Source: a virus
Virus record (IMG/VR): IMGVR_UViG_3300008116_003012
Location: 55,007 to 119,006 of that record
Reading direction: 5' to 3' (one strand)
DNA length: 64,000 nucleotides
Shown here: piece by piece, positions 39,268 through 48,983 of the stretch
How the letters are laid out: each line of letters begins with the position of its first letter
How positions within the stretch are numbered: the stretch's first letter is position 1
Program-made: the position numbers and the translations under genes
Notes under the pieces: model-generated
What the model was told of the DNA's origin: nothing
Seen by the model: the letters and a program-made list of their open reading frames with translations, nothing else
The model's database searches: none

Positions 39268-40686
39268 ATGGAAGAAATAAACGAATACTGGGAACAACCA
39301 GAAGAAACTAAAATTGGTCATTGGCAAAATGTCATAAAAGAAAAAACAGGAAGTTCTACTTTCTGTGCTTTACCTTGGGTACACTTTGCTACACGACCAA
39401 ACGGAGATATGCGTCTTTGCTGTTCTGCTAACGCTAGTGGTGCTGGTACTGATCATGAAGTAGGTCTAGTTAAAAATGAAAGAGGAGTTCCTGCAAACTT
39501 TGGCAAAGAAACACCTATGAGTGCATGGAACAATGAATACATGAAGGATGTACGTTTGACTATGTTAGAAGGAAAAATTCCTGCTAGTTGTCAAAAGTGT
39601 TACAAAGAAGAAAGCAAAGGTGTTGCTAGTAAACGTATTTGGGAAACAGCTTATTGGACGTTAGACGGTGTTGACCTAGAAGAACTAGTAAAGCAAACAG
39701 AAGAAGATGGAACTATACCAGAAAAACTAGTTTATCTAGATTTAAGACTAGGGCATACTTGCAATCTAAAATGTGTTATGTGCAGTCCTCATGACAGCAG
39801 CTTATGGGTTCAAGATCATAAAAAAATCTATCCTTTGTTACAGCATGATGCTTTAAAAAATCAAATGGGATGGGATCAAAAGAGTTTTAATAACTATTGG
39901 CATGAGAATCCAGACTTCTGGAAAGAAATGTATGCACAGATTCCTAATCTTAAACAGGTGTACTTTGCAGGCGGTGAACCTCTTTTAATTAAAGAACATA
40001 AAACTTTCTTAGAAGAAATTATTCGTCAAGGATATGCTGACAAAATATTGATTAGATATAACACCAACGGACTGCTAATAGATGATACTATAATAGAGCT
40101 ATGGAAAAAATTTAAAAAAGTTAAAGTTGGGTTTAGTATAGACGCATTAACTGATAGAAATTACTATATTAGATTTCCTAGCGAATGGAGTAAGATAGAA
40201 AAGAATCTTCATATATTAGACAACACTCCTAGCAATATAGAAGTTAGCATTGCTACTGCTATACAAATTTTAAATATAAAACATTTACCAGAATTTGCCA
40301 AATGGAAGATTCAACAGAACTTTAAGAAAGTAAACTTTGAAAACGTTACAGGAGGCATACAAGCCGGCGGCGGAATTTTTAATATGCATTTGTTGTATAT
40401 TCCTACTTTTTTAAGTATACGCTGCTTACCTAACGAAGATAAAGCAGAAGTTAGAAAACTTTTTGGAGAGCTTGCTAATTGGTTGTATGTAAACTATAGA
40501 CAAGATGAAGATTTTTGGAAGATTAATCCTTACGGATGGAAACGTTGGCAAGCTGTGTTAGATTTTATGGATGCCGAAGATCACACACATTTGCTGCCTG
40601 CGTTTAAAGAATACATTGAAAATTTAGATCCAATTAGAAAAACTAATTTTAAAAACTATTTTCCTGAACTAGCTCACTTAATATAA
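39268..40686 (+). CDS. Radical SAM enzyme with N-terminal twitch/SPASM-like domain
   Basis: N-terminal CALPW...CC...CQKC, then CNLKCVMC, AGGEP, YNTNG and SID. Confidence 0.9.
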   Translation: MEEINEYWEQPEETKIGHWQNVIKEKTGSSTFCALPWVHFATRPNGDMRLCCSANASGAGTDHEVGLVKNERGVPANFGKETPMSAWNNEYMKDVRLTMLEGKIPASCQKCYKEESKGVASKRIWETAYWTLDGVDLEELVKQTEEDGTIPEKLVYLDLRLGHTCNLKCVMCSPHDSSLWVQDHKKIYPLLQHDALKNQMGWDQKSFNNYWHENPDFWKEMYAQIPNLKQVYFAGGEPLLIKEHKTFLEEIIRQGYADKILIRYNTNGLLIDDTIIELWKKFKKVKVGFSIDALTDRNYYIRFPSEWSKIEKNLHILDNTPSNIEVSIATAIQILNIKHLPEFAKWKIQQNFKKVNFENVTGGIQAGGGIFNMHLLYIPTFLSIRCLPNEDKAEVRKLFGELANWLYVNYRQDEDFWKINPYGWKRWQAVLDFMDAEDHTHLLPAFKEYIENLDPIRKTNFKNYFPELAHLI

Positions 40687-41684
40687 TGAAAAGAAAGATT
40701 ATAAAAATTACCAACAATGTAAGTCCTAATGTTTTTAGGCTTGAATGGGTAGTGGGTAATTTGTGCAATCGTAAATGCTGGTATTGCTTTCCCGGAGCAA
40801 ATGAAGGAACTTATCCTTTTCCTTCTGATATAGAGCTCATAAAGAAGAACTTTACTACCATGTTTGACAGTTACAAGGAAAACGGTATAGATACGTTTGA
40901 AATATTACTTACAGGAGGAGAGCCTACTTTATGGAAAGAATTTCCTGAAGTACTAAACTTTTTTAAAGAAAACTATAATGTTGTAATACGCACATTAACT
41001 AACGGGTATAAAAAATTAGATTGGTGGAAAGAAAATGCAAAATTTTTCGATCATGTAGAGATATCAGTACACAATGAAAATTCTGATATAGACCATATAA
41101 TTTCTGTAGCAGATTACTTATTTGAATCTAAAACTATGGTAGTGGCAAATGTTTTAATGGATCCTAAAAACTTTGATGTTTGTAAAGACATTGTTGAAAA
41201 ATTAAAGACCAGCAAACACCCATGGCCTATTATAACTAAAACAGTGTTCTTTGAAGGTATTCCTGACTATACAGAAGAACAGTCTTTGTATTTTAAGGGA
41301 ACGTTAAAACATAGACTTCCTGACATAGAACAAGTTAAAACATTCTTTAAGGGTAGAATAGAAGGTAATAGATATCAAGTTACTTACGATGACGGAGAAA
41401 TATTTGTAGTACCAAATGATAGATGGATAGCGTTAGAAAAATTAAATCATTTTTACGGATGGGAATGTAATTTAGGTGTTGAAGCTATGCAAATTACCAG
41501 TGAAGGGATACTAACCGGCGGGTGCGGCCAGCAGCTACACGGAAGCGATCATCACTACAATATTTTAGATCCAGACTTCAGTAATAAATTTAAAGCTCCA
41601 AAAAATCCAATAACCTGCAAACAGATTACTTGCGGATGCACTACAGAAATACATATTAATAAATCTAAGTTAAATAATATATAA
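40686..41684 (+). CDS. Radical SAM enzyme
   Basis: CNRKCWYC, TGGEPT and C-terminal CNLG...CKQITCGC. Confidence 0.9.
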   Translation: MKRKIIKITNNVSPNVFRLEWVVGNLCNRKCWYCFPGANEGTYPFPSDIELIKKNFTTMFDSYKENGIDTFEILLTGGEPTLWKEFPEVLNFFKENYNVVIRTLTNGYKKLDWWKENAKFFDHVEISVHNENSDIDHIISVADYLFESKTMVVANVLMDPKNFDVCKDIVEKLKTSKHPWPIITKTVFFEGIPDYTEEQSLYFKGTLKHRLPDIEQVKTFFKGRIEGNRYQVTYDDGEIFVVPNDRWIALEKLNHFYGWECNLGVEAMQITSEGILTGGCGQQLHGSDHHYNILDPDFSNKFKAPKNPITCKQITCGCTTEIHINKSKLNNI

Positions 41685-41696
41685 TGGAGATTTCAA

Positions 41697-42305
41697 ATGG
41701 GTAATTTAACTGATGCCGCAAAAAGTGCCAATCACTGCCAAAGAAATTGGTCTAATCGTTTAGTAGACGAAGATATAGTACAAGAACTTATAGGTGTTGC
41801 TACTAATATGCCTACTAAACAAAACGAAGAATACTACGGATTGTTAGTAACAACAAATCAAGAATTTAATCATACTGTTTATATGCACTCATACGCGGTT
41901 GCAAAAAACGTTATGAAATTACCTTTTGAAAGACGTCACTTAACTAATCACAATACTCAATTAAGAGCTCCTTTACAATTTCATTATCTTGTTGAAGCTG
42001 GAAAGAAATTTCAACACGGACAGCTTGAAAATGCAGGATTTTTTAGCATAGGAATTAGTGCAGGCGCACTAGGTTTAGCAGCTAACTCTCTTGGATTAAA
42101 AACAGGATACTGTGTTTGTTTAGATCATCAACCTATAGTTACCATGATAAATCAAGAATTTAATACACCTTATACTGGTATCTTATTAAGTATAGGTATA
42201 GGATATCCTGAAGAAAATCTTAGATGGAACATTGGTCGAAGACCAGCTGGACAAACTTTTGTTAAGCCATCATATAAAAAATCTATAAAAGTTTTTAGGA
42301 AGTAA
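41697..42305 (+). CDS. Nitroreductase-fold protein
   Basis: HCQRNW, P.KQN, GISAGALGLAANSLGLKTGYC and IGIGYP. Confidence 0.7.
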   Translation: MGNLTDAAKSANHCQRNWSNRLVDEDIVQELIGVATNMPTKQNEEYYGLLVTTNQEFNHTVYMHSYAVAKNVMKLPFERRHLTNHNTQLRAPLQFHYLVEAGKKFQHGQLENAGFFSIGISAGALGLAANSLGLKTGYCVCLDHQPIVTMINQEFNTPYTGILLSIGIGYPEENLRWNIGRRPAGQTFVKPSYKKSIKVFRK

Positions 42306-42342
42306 TCCTATCTAATAAATATTAGAAAATAGGACTTTCGCG

Positions 42343-43398
42343 ATGAAAATAAGCAAAATACCAGGACTAGGTAGATTCGGTGTCTACATTGATAATGTCG
42401 ATCTTAATAACATTTCAACTGAAGAATGGATGGAGATTGGAAAAATACATTTAGAGTCTCTAGTCACTATAATTAGAAATACAGACGTAACACCCTTAAA
42501 TTACTATAGACTAATGATGCAGTGGGGTCCAAGCAGATGGAACCGCCCAATTTCATTTTATAAAAAATACGGTAAGCCGTTGAAAGAATTAGTATTAAAC
42601 AAAGAATTGGACGAAGAAGATCAATTGGTATTTGATAACGGTCGTAGATGGCAATATGACAAACGCTGCCCTGGCATGGTTTGCGTAACTCCTAAGAAGA
42701 ATACTCGCGGTGAAAGTATGGGAATATTTGGAGACGGTGAGTTGTTATGGCACAGTAACGAATGTGGTGATGTGGCATTTACTCCTGGGGTAGCATTATT
42801 AGGATTTGAAAACGTTGATAAAACTGCTACTGGGTTTTGTACCAGTCCAGATTGGTATGAAAAGCAAAGTGAAAGCTTTCGCAGTGAGTTAGACGAGATG
42901 ATTATTGTACATAACTATCGTCCAATGGCAATGAGTCCTATTGTAATTGAAGATCAAGAAAAGTTTTATAAAAACAATATGGCTCCTGAGAATGACATGA
43001 AGGTGCCGTTGATTATAAAGAGTCCTGGAGATATCAAAGGAGTACATTTAGGAATTAATACGTTTGATAAAATTGAAGGTATGAGTTTAGAAGAAAGCAA
43101 AAAGATCTTTAATAAAATCCGAAGCGAAATGATTGTTCCTGAATATTGTTACGATCACTGGTATGGAGGCAAAGACATTTGTTTATTTGACAACAGCATT
43201 ACTTTACACAATAGATCTATACATGAGAGCATTGGTGTAGCACCAAATCGACTTGGTTTAAGGATTCAATACGACTTTGACAAATTAACTGGTAAATCTT
43301 ACAATCCATTTTATCAAGAAGAATTTAATCAACTTAAACAAGACAGACTATCTATCTTAGACAAAGCCATGGAAGGCATGGTTATTAGCACTAACTAA
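42343..43398 (+). CDS. TauD/TfdA-family dioxygenase
   Basis: WHSNE, TGF and HWYGGKDICLFDNSITLHNR (DN..TLHxR motif). Confidence 0.8.
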   Translation: MKISKIPGLGRFGVYIDNVDLNNISTEEWMEIGKIHLESLVTIIRNTDVTPLNYYRLMMQWGPSRWNRPISFYKKYGKPLKELVLNKELDEEDQLVFDNGRRWQYDKRCPGMVCVTPKKNTRGESMGIFGDGELLWHSNECGDVAFTPGVALLGFENVDKTATGFCTSPDWYEKQSESFRSELDEMIIVHNYRPMAMSPIVIEDQEKFYKNNMAPENDMKVPLIIKSPGDIKGVHLGINTFDKIEGMSLEESKKIFNKIRSEMIVPEYCYDHWYGGKDICLFDNSITLHNRSIHESIGVAPNRLGLRIQYDFDKLTGKSYNPFYQEEFNQLKQDRLSILDKAMEGMVISTN

Positions 43399-43994
43399 TG
43401 TCTTACAAGATTGTTGAATATTCACCTACTCTAGACCTTGAAGAATTCTATAAAGAAAATCAACGCCGAGGCCTAGAGAATAATGCTACTCAACAGGCAA
43501 TGTTTGATTGTTTTCGTAATGAAAAGCAATGGAACGGTTGGCTAGTAGAATACAATAATAGATTTATCGGAGGTGTGTGCATACACAGCTTCGATGATGT
43601 CATGGGTCCCAACAGCTATAGAATCTATGCCAGATCTTGTTTTCATACAGAGTACAGTATGAAACCTACTGGTTATATAAAAGAACACTACGCTAGTTTA
43701 CAGAATGTAGGCTTACAACTTTTTACTCCTGTTTCTATTGAGTGGGCAGGATTAGATAAAAAATTCTACGGTAGCAGTAACTCTAGAGATGTAGGGTCTG
43801 CACAGGTTGTAGATAAAGTTTGGTTTCCAAGGTTAGCAGAAAGAGGAATATTTACTAAAGTTAAAGAAGTATTCTATCGAGGACACTACCAAAATATCTG
43901 GGAGCTAAATGTACAAGAATATCTTCAACAGATTCAAAAAGTTCCTCTTTGGGAATGTCAGTTTCCTTTAAAAGACGTAAGAAAGAAAATTTAA
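43398..43994 (+). CDS. Hypothetical protein (possible GNAT-like fold)
   Basis: 198-aa coupled ORF; the fold guess rests on secondary-structure pattern only. Confidence 0.5.
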   Translation: MSYKIVEYSPTLDLEEFYKENQRRGLENNATQQAMFDCFRNEKQWNGWLVEYNNRFIGGVCIHSFDDVMGPNSYRIYARSCFHTEYSMKPTGYIKEHYASLQNVGLQLFTPVSIEWAGLDKKFYGSSNSRDVGSAQVVDKVWFPRLAERGIFTKVKEVFYRGHYQNIWELNVQEYLQQIQKVPLWECQFPLKDVRKKI

Positions 43995-44971
43995 TGTTAA
44001 CTCAAGTCATTGAAGGAAGAGCAAGTAATGTACTTACAATAGAATTTATGCTAGGCAATCTATGTAATTACAAATGTTCTTACTGTTATCCGGGAGCGCA
44101 CGAAGGTACTCATCTTTGGCCTGATGTAGATATCATTATAAAAAATATTTCACATTTATTTGACGTATACAAATTGCAGGGGAAAACTAAATTTGAATTA
44201 TATATTGTAGGAGGAGAACCTACACTATGGAAAGATTTACCTAAGTTTTGTAATTTTTTAAAAAATAATTATGATACAATTATTAGAATGTCTACTAACG
44301 GATACAGAAAATCTGATTGGTGGAAAGAACATTCTAAACTTTTTGATGCTGTAGAAATTTCAGTACATCACGAATTTGCCAAGTCAAATCATATTAAAGA
44401 AGTTGGTGATACGTTGTATAGAGAAAATACCAATCTAGTTGCAAACGTCTTGATGGATCCAAATCATTTTGATAAATGTATGAATCTTTTAGAAGACTTA
44501 AAGACTAGTAACGAATCATGGCCTATTATAGCTAAGACTGTACACATTGACGGTAATACTTTGTATACAGATTCTCAAGAAGAATATTTAAAATCATCGC
44601 TAAAAAGAATGCCAAACATGAGTTGGTGGAAAAATTTAAAACACAACGAAGAATATGAAACTTGGGTTATTGAAGACAATATAAAGAAAAAGGTAGAAGA
44701 CAATTACCTACGTTTAAACGGAAAAAATAGATTTAACGGTTGGAGTTGTAATCTTGGATTGGATCATTTACATATATCTATGTCCGGAGAAGTAACTGGA
44801 AAATGTGGGCAATCTCTTTACGGTAAAAAGATTTACTATAACTTGTATAAAGATAATTTTTCTTTAGTTTTTAATCCTACGATAGGTCCTGTAATCTGCA
44901 CCAAAGATGTTTGCATGTGCGGATTTGAAACTAATATAAGTAAAAAAATAATTCCTATTAAATCTCAGTAA
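43994..44971 (+). CDS. Radical SAM enzyme (paralog of 40686..41684)
   Basis: GNLCNYKCSYC, GGEPTLWK and CNLG...CTKDVCMC. Confidence 0.9.
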   Translation: MLTQVIEGRASNVLTIEFMLGNLCNYKCSYCYPGAHEGTHLWPDVDIIIKNISHLFDVYKLQGKTKFELYIVGGEPTLWKDLPKFCNFLKNNYDTIIRMSTNGYRKSDWWKEHSKLFDAVEISVHHEFAKSNHIKEVGDTLYRENTNLVANVLMDPNHFDKCMNLLEDLKTSNESWPIIAKTVHIDGNTLYTDSQEEYLKSSLKRMPNMSWWKNLKHNEEYETWVIEDNIKKKVEDNYLRLNGKNRFNGWSCNLGLDHLHISMSGEVTGKCGQSLYGKKIYYNLYKDNFSLVFNPTIGPVICTKDVCMCGFETNISKKIIPIKSQ

Positions 44972-46052
44972 TAGGAACAATACTATTAGCATTCCATAAA
45001 GCGTTAAAGTCATCAGCTTCTTTTGCTTTTGGAATACACATTCCGCAGCCGCATCGTTGATTAGGACAGATTATCGGAGCAGGATTTTTCATTCTTTCTT
45101 TTAAATCACTTAGCATTTTATCTGCATCTTTAAGCAATCCTAACGATCCTCTTTTTTGGTTGTGTAATGCTTGACAAGTTTGATGATGATATACTAATCC
45201 TGTATGTTGATCTATGTGCAGGAAAAACCAATCTACCATACAGCTCCAGTTTTTAAAATTTGTATCAATAACATCAACAGTCTTCCATTCTCCGTCAACC
45301 TTACCTGTCAAACATCTTCCGCCACAGCAGCGTCTACCTTCAGTTATCTCTTTAGTTAAATTTTTTATACCAAGCTGTTGACAATACCAATCTTGTTGTT
45401 CTTTAGTGTATTCGTGACTTGTTCGTCTTTGAGATCCATCAACGTCAATAAACCAACCTTTTCTTTCTACATTTCCGTCACCTATAGGTCGAAGTTTTAC
45501 ATTGACATTATTTTGTTTAAGCAACTCGTATACTTCAACACACTCGTTCCAATAATCTTGGTGCATCATTAAATTAACCTGCAACCAAATGTCAGTTTTA
45601 CTAAGTGTTAGTATATTTTCTATAACTTGTTTTTTAAGATTAGGATGTCCTTCAGCATGATAACTAACTGTTACTCCGTGAAATCTTTTAATTATTCTAT
45701 CATTAAATTTACTATTCCATGCTCCGTTAGTAGTTAAACTTAGACGGAATTGTTGTTTATCTTCTTTTATAATATCAGCTAAATCCCAAAACGCAGGATT
45801 CATAGTTGGCTCACCTCCAGTGAAGTTGATATTTGTGTAGGAATCATATTTTCTATTTTGATTGTATACTGTAGTCCATTGTTTTATAAACTCAAAAGTT
45901 TTAAGGTATTCTTCTAAACTAGAATGAGAACTAACATTGTCGTGTCTAGAGATTTCGCAATAACTACAATCGTAATTGCATCTTCTACCAGTATCCCATG
46001 TGACCATCATAGCTTCTTTAGCCGTTGGGTTGATTGCTATAGTTTTAATCAT
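44958..46052 (-). CDS. Radical SAM enzyme
   Basis: CNYDCSYC, TGGEPT, CCGGRC and CPNQRCGCGMC. Confidence 0.9.
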   Translation of the reverse strand: MIKTIAINPTAKEAMMVTWDTGRRCNYDCSYCEISRHDNVSSHSSLEEYLKTFEFIKQWTTVYNQNRKYDSYTNINFTGGEPTMNPAFWDLADIIKEDKQQFRLSLTTNGAWNSKFNDRIIKRFHGVTVSYHAEGHPNLKKQVIENILTLSKTDIWLQVNLMMHQDYWNECVEVYELLKQNNVNVKLRPIGDGNVERKGWFIDVDGSQRRTSHEYTKEQQDWYCQQLGIKNLTKEITEGRRCCGGRCLTGKVDGEWKTVDVIDTNFKNWSCMVDWFFLHIDQHTGLVYHHQTCQALHNQKRGSLGLLKDADKMLSDLKERMKNPAPIICPNQRCGCGMCIPKAKEADDFNALWNANSIVPITEI

Positions 46053-46953
46053 TTTTTATTTTAGTTAACGGTATGTCAGAAGCACACGTACAAAAATTTC
46101 TGTCGCATACAATAGGGTCAGATGGTGTTACAAAAGTATCGTTGTATACGTTTCCAAGACTTCCTCCTACTCTGCAAGTGGCACGGTGTACTTCTCCGTC
46201 CCAGTTAATCATAAGACTTTCTATGCCAGCATTACATGTCCATCCTTTATATTGATTTAGATGTAATTTGATAACATCATTGGCATGTTTAAGCCTAGGC
46301 ATGTCAGGCTCTTCTTTTAAAAATATTACAGTATTTTCTTTAACTGTTGCATCTTGTTCTTTAATCCATATTAAGTCATCTGGATGGTATCGCATGTCAT
46401 CAAACAAATCATGATCACCTTCGGTCCATCTTATTCTTCTAACAGTAATCGGTATACCGTGTGCCTTAAGTGCTCCGTGAACTGCTTTAACATAAGTCAT
46501 ATGACTGTGATGTGCCATTAGTTGTGCTATTATATTAACATTAGACTTATCACTAACTTTCATTAATGTGTTGCCAACACGCATCCAGTCATATTCAAAG
46601 TGAACACTAAACACTAACTGATCTACCGGCAGTGTAGTGTAAAACTCTGCAGGCAATGTTCCGTTGGTAGTTACACTAATCCAACTTATACCAACATGCT
46701 TACAGTACTGTAACAGTTCTTTAAACTTAGGATGCACTGTAGGTTCGCCGCCTGTGAAACTTAATCTAATAGGTTTGCCTAAAGTCATTAGTTTATCAAC
46801 TGTTGCTTTAAGAACTTCTATATCTGTATGTGCGCTGGTATTGTCGTGTATGCTACTAGGACAATAACTACAATCGTAGTTACAGCGTTTGCCAAGATTC
46901 CATTCAACTTTTACGCTATTTTGATGCGGCCATCTACTAGTGACTTTAAACAT
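46045..46953 (-). CDS. Radical SAM enzyme
   Basis: CNYDCSYC, TGGEPT and CNAG...CDRNFCTC. Confidence 0.9.
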   Translation of the reverse strand: MFKVTSRWPHQNSVKVEWNLGKRCNYDCSYCPSSIHDNTSAHTDIEVLKATVDKLMTLGKPIRLSFTGGEPTVHPKFKELLQYCKHVGISWISVTTNGTLPAEFYTTLPVDQLVFSVHFEYDWMRVGNTLMKVSDKSNVNIIAQLMAHHSHMTYVKAVHGALKAHGIPITVRRIRWTEGDHDLFDDMRYHPDDLIWIKEQDATVKENTVIFLKEEPDMPRLKHANDVIKLHLNQYKGWTCNAGIESLMINWDGEVHRATCRVGGSLGNVYNDTFVTPSDPIVCDRNFCTCASDIPLTKIKND

Positions 46954-48214
46954 ATGGCTTAAATTCTGGGATAGTTTTTAATAAGTCTTGATTTCTTGTA
47001 GCGTCTAGTTGTCGGTTAAACTCTAGAAATTCAGGCCAAAGGTTATATTGATCTTTGGCTTTGAGATAGTTTATATTATCTTTAATTTGTTGGCGGGTAA
47101 CTTTTTCTAATAAACTGTTATTTTTAATATTTTCAAAAGTAAAAAGTCTAGCGTCTACTGCCTGTAATCTGCGAATTGATTCTTCTTTTAGTTCTTGGGG
47201 CAATACCTGTGCCGACAAACAGTTAGGATAACTGACTCTGTGACTGTAAAAAACTATATTCATCTTATTGATAAAGTAATCAATACATTCTGCTGCTTGT
47301 AATATGTTACCAGCTTGAGCAGTAAATGCACCTACTACTCGACTTACATTAGGAATCTTTTGTATTTCTTTAATGTTAGTTTCTATTTGACTAAAATCAC
47401 CATTGCCTCGAATATAATTGTAAACATCGTGTATACCGTCAATAGAGACATTAACAGCAACGCTTCTAAAGTACGGCCAATAATCATGTATTGTTCTTCC
47501 TTTAGTTATTCCTAGAGTTGTTGCATTAGTAGCATATTTTATTTCTATGTTTTTTCCGTAGGGTTTCAACATGTCTAAAATTTTGTAGTGCTGCGGATCC
47601 ATTAAAGGTTCTCCGCCTGCAAATTCTACCCTACGGAAATGAGGAAGAAGTTTTTCAAAACTTTCCCACCAATGATCTGTGTCTTCAAATGGGCCTATGT
47701 ATTGTCCAGGCTTTCTTACTAACTTAGCTATAGTTGGAACTAGATAGTTGTTTTCTTTTTCGTAAAACGGTTTGACTACATCCCAGTCTTGCCAACTTGT
47801 ACTGTCTAACGGATTACACATTCTACATTTTAAGTTACATAGATTGTTAATTTTAATCTCCATTGTAGGAAATTCAAAAGGCATTGTGTAATCTTCTCGA
47901 AGCTGATCTAATGCAGTTGGATATAAATTAATCCTAGCTTCTGGAATAACGCCATTAACATGACGCTGTCTTAGGCTTTCTACTCCTTGATCTTCTAGAT
48001 CAAAACAGGGTCTGCAAACATCAGGTTTTTCTCCGGAGAGAATCTGTTTTCGAACGGCAAGCATTTTCTCGCTGTTCCATACTTCTTCTAAACTGTTGCT
48101 TTGTATCCATCCTATTGGAAGACTTCGGCAACAGATTTTAATTGCGCCATCTTCTCTTGTTGCTAATCCAGTAAAAGGGTGCATACAAAAAGTTTTGCTA
48201 GTTGTGTTTTTCAA
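46946..48214 (-). CDS. Radical SAM enzyme with N-terminal twitch/SPASM-like domain
   Basis: CMHPF...CC...CRPC, CNLKCRMC, AGGEP and SIDG; TTG start. Confidence 0.9.
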   Translation of the reverse strand: MKNTTSKTFCMHPFTGLATREDGAIKICCRSLPIGWIQSNSLEEVWNSEKMLAVRKQILSGEKPDVCRPCFDLEDQGVESLRQRHVNGVIPEARINLYPTALDQLREDYTMPFEFPTMEIKINNLCNLKCRMCNPLDSTSWQDWDVVKPFYEKENNYLVPTIAKLVRKPGQYIGPFEDTDHWWESFEKLLPHFRRVEFAGGEPLMDPQHYKILDMLKPYGKNIEIKYATNATTLGITKGRTIHDYWPYFRSVAVNVSIDGIHDVYNYIRGNGDFSQIETNIKEIQKIPNVSRVVGAFTAQAGNILQAAECIDYFINKMNIVFYSHRVSYPNCLSAQVLPQELKEESIRRLQAVDARLFTFENIKNNSLLEKVTRQQIKDNINYLKAKDQYNLWPEFLEFNRQLDATRNQDLLKTIPEFKPYV

Positions 48215-48275
48215 TTTGAATATCCGTCGTTATTTTTTATTTAATACAATCTAGGTTGTTTATAAATATTTTATC

Positions 48276-48983
48276 ATGATTAATCCTGCTGGACCCGTAA
48301 TTACAACTGATAAGATTTTATCAGCTGTTCAAAGTGATTTTGTTAATTCCATATTGAATAGCACAGAATTGTCAAAAATAAAATACGAAATTAACCAACC
48401 ATCTGGAGATTTTTTCTATGATCCTTGGACTATTAAATCGGAATTTAAAAATTCTGTATTTGAAGATATACTAAGTTCTTTAGACTCAGATATAGGAGAA
48501 GCTAGAATCATTGTTCTTAAACCAGGATCTTGCTATCACAGTCATGCAGACATAGATGATAGGTATCATTTAAACTTGCAAGGACAATACTCCTATTTGA
48601 TAGATCTAGACAGCAATCAAATGTTTCCTACTAACGTAGACGGAATTTGGTACAATATGAATGCCGGTGCAAGGCACGTAGCTTCAAATTTTGGATCAAT
48701 AGATAGAATACAATTAGTAGTTAGAAAACTGTTAACAAAAAATCAGTTAACGGACTTTTCAAATATTAACCTTAAAATACTACCTGATTTAAAACATCCT
48801 AGATTTGTGTTCGATGATGTTGTAAGCCCATGGCTTAATCGAGCATCAAAAGAAAAAACAATTTCTAATTTTAAAACAGATTTTAAACAAGCTTGGTTTG
48901 ATATAAAAAATTCATCTTTAGAAGATTTAAAGAAAATATTACCTGCTGGTATAGAACTTACAATTACTTCCAATCGTTATTAA
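48276..48983 (+). CDS. Aspartyl/asparaginyl beta-hydroxylase-like 2OG-Fe(II) oxygenase
   Basis: PGSCYHSHAD...HVASN...RIQLV; TATAAATA at 48261-48268. Confidence 0.7.
   Translation: MINPAGPVITTDKILSAVQSDFVNSILNSTELSKIKYEINQPSGDFFYDPWTIKSEFKNSVFEDILSSLDSDIGEARIIVLKPGSCYHSHADIDDRYHLNLQGQYSYLIDLDSNQMFPTNVDGIWYNMNAGARHVASNFGSIDRIQLVVRKLLTKNQLTDFSNINLKILPDLKHPRFVFDDVVSPWLNRASKEKTISNFKTDFKQAWFDIKNSSLEDLKKILPAGIELTITSNRY

Noticed and set aside
25564-48214. Assigning the radical SAM genes to QueE, MoaA, NrdG or viperin
   Set aside because: Only the generic CxxxCxxC and GGEP motifs are visible, and the lengths and extra Cys domains do not support a specific name without a search.
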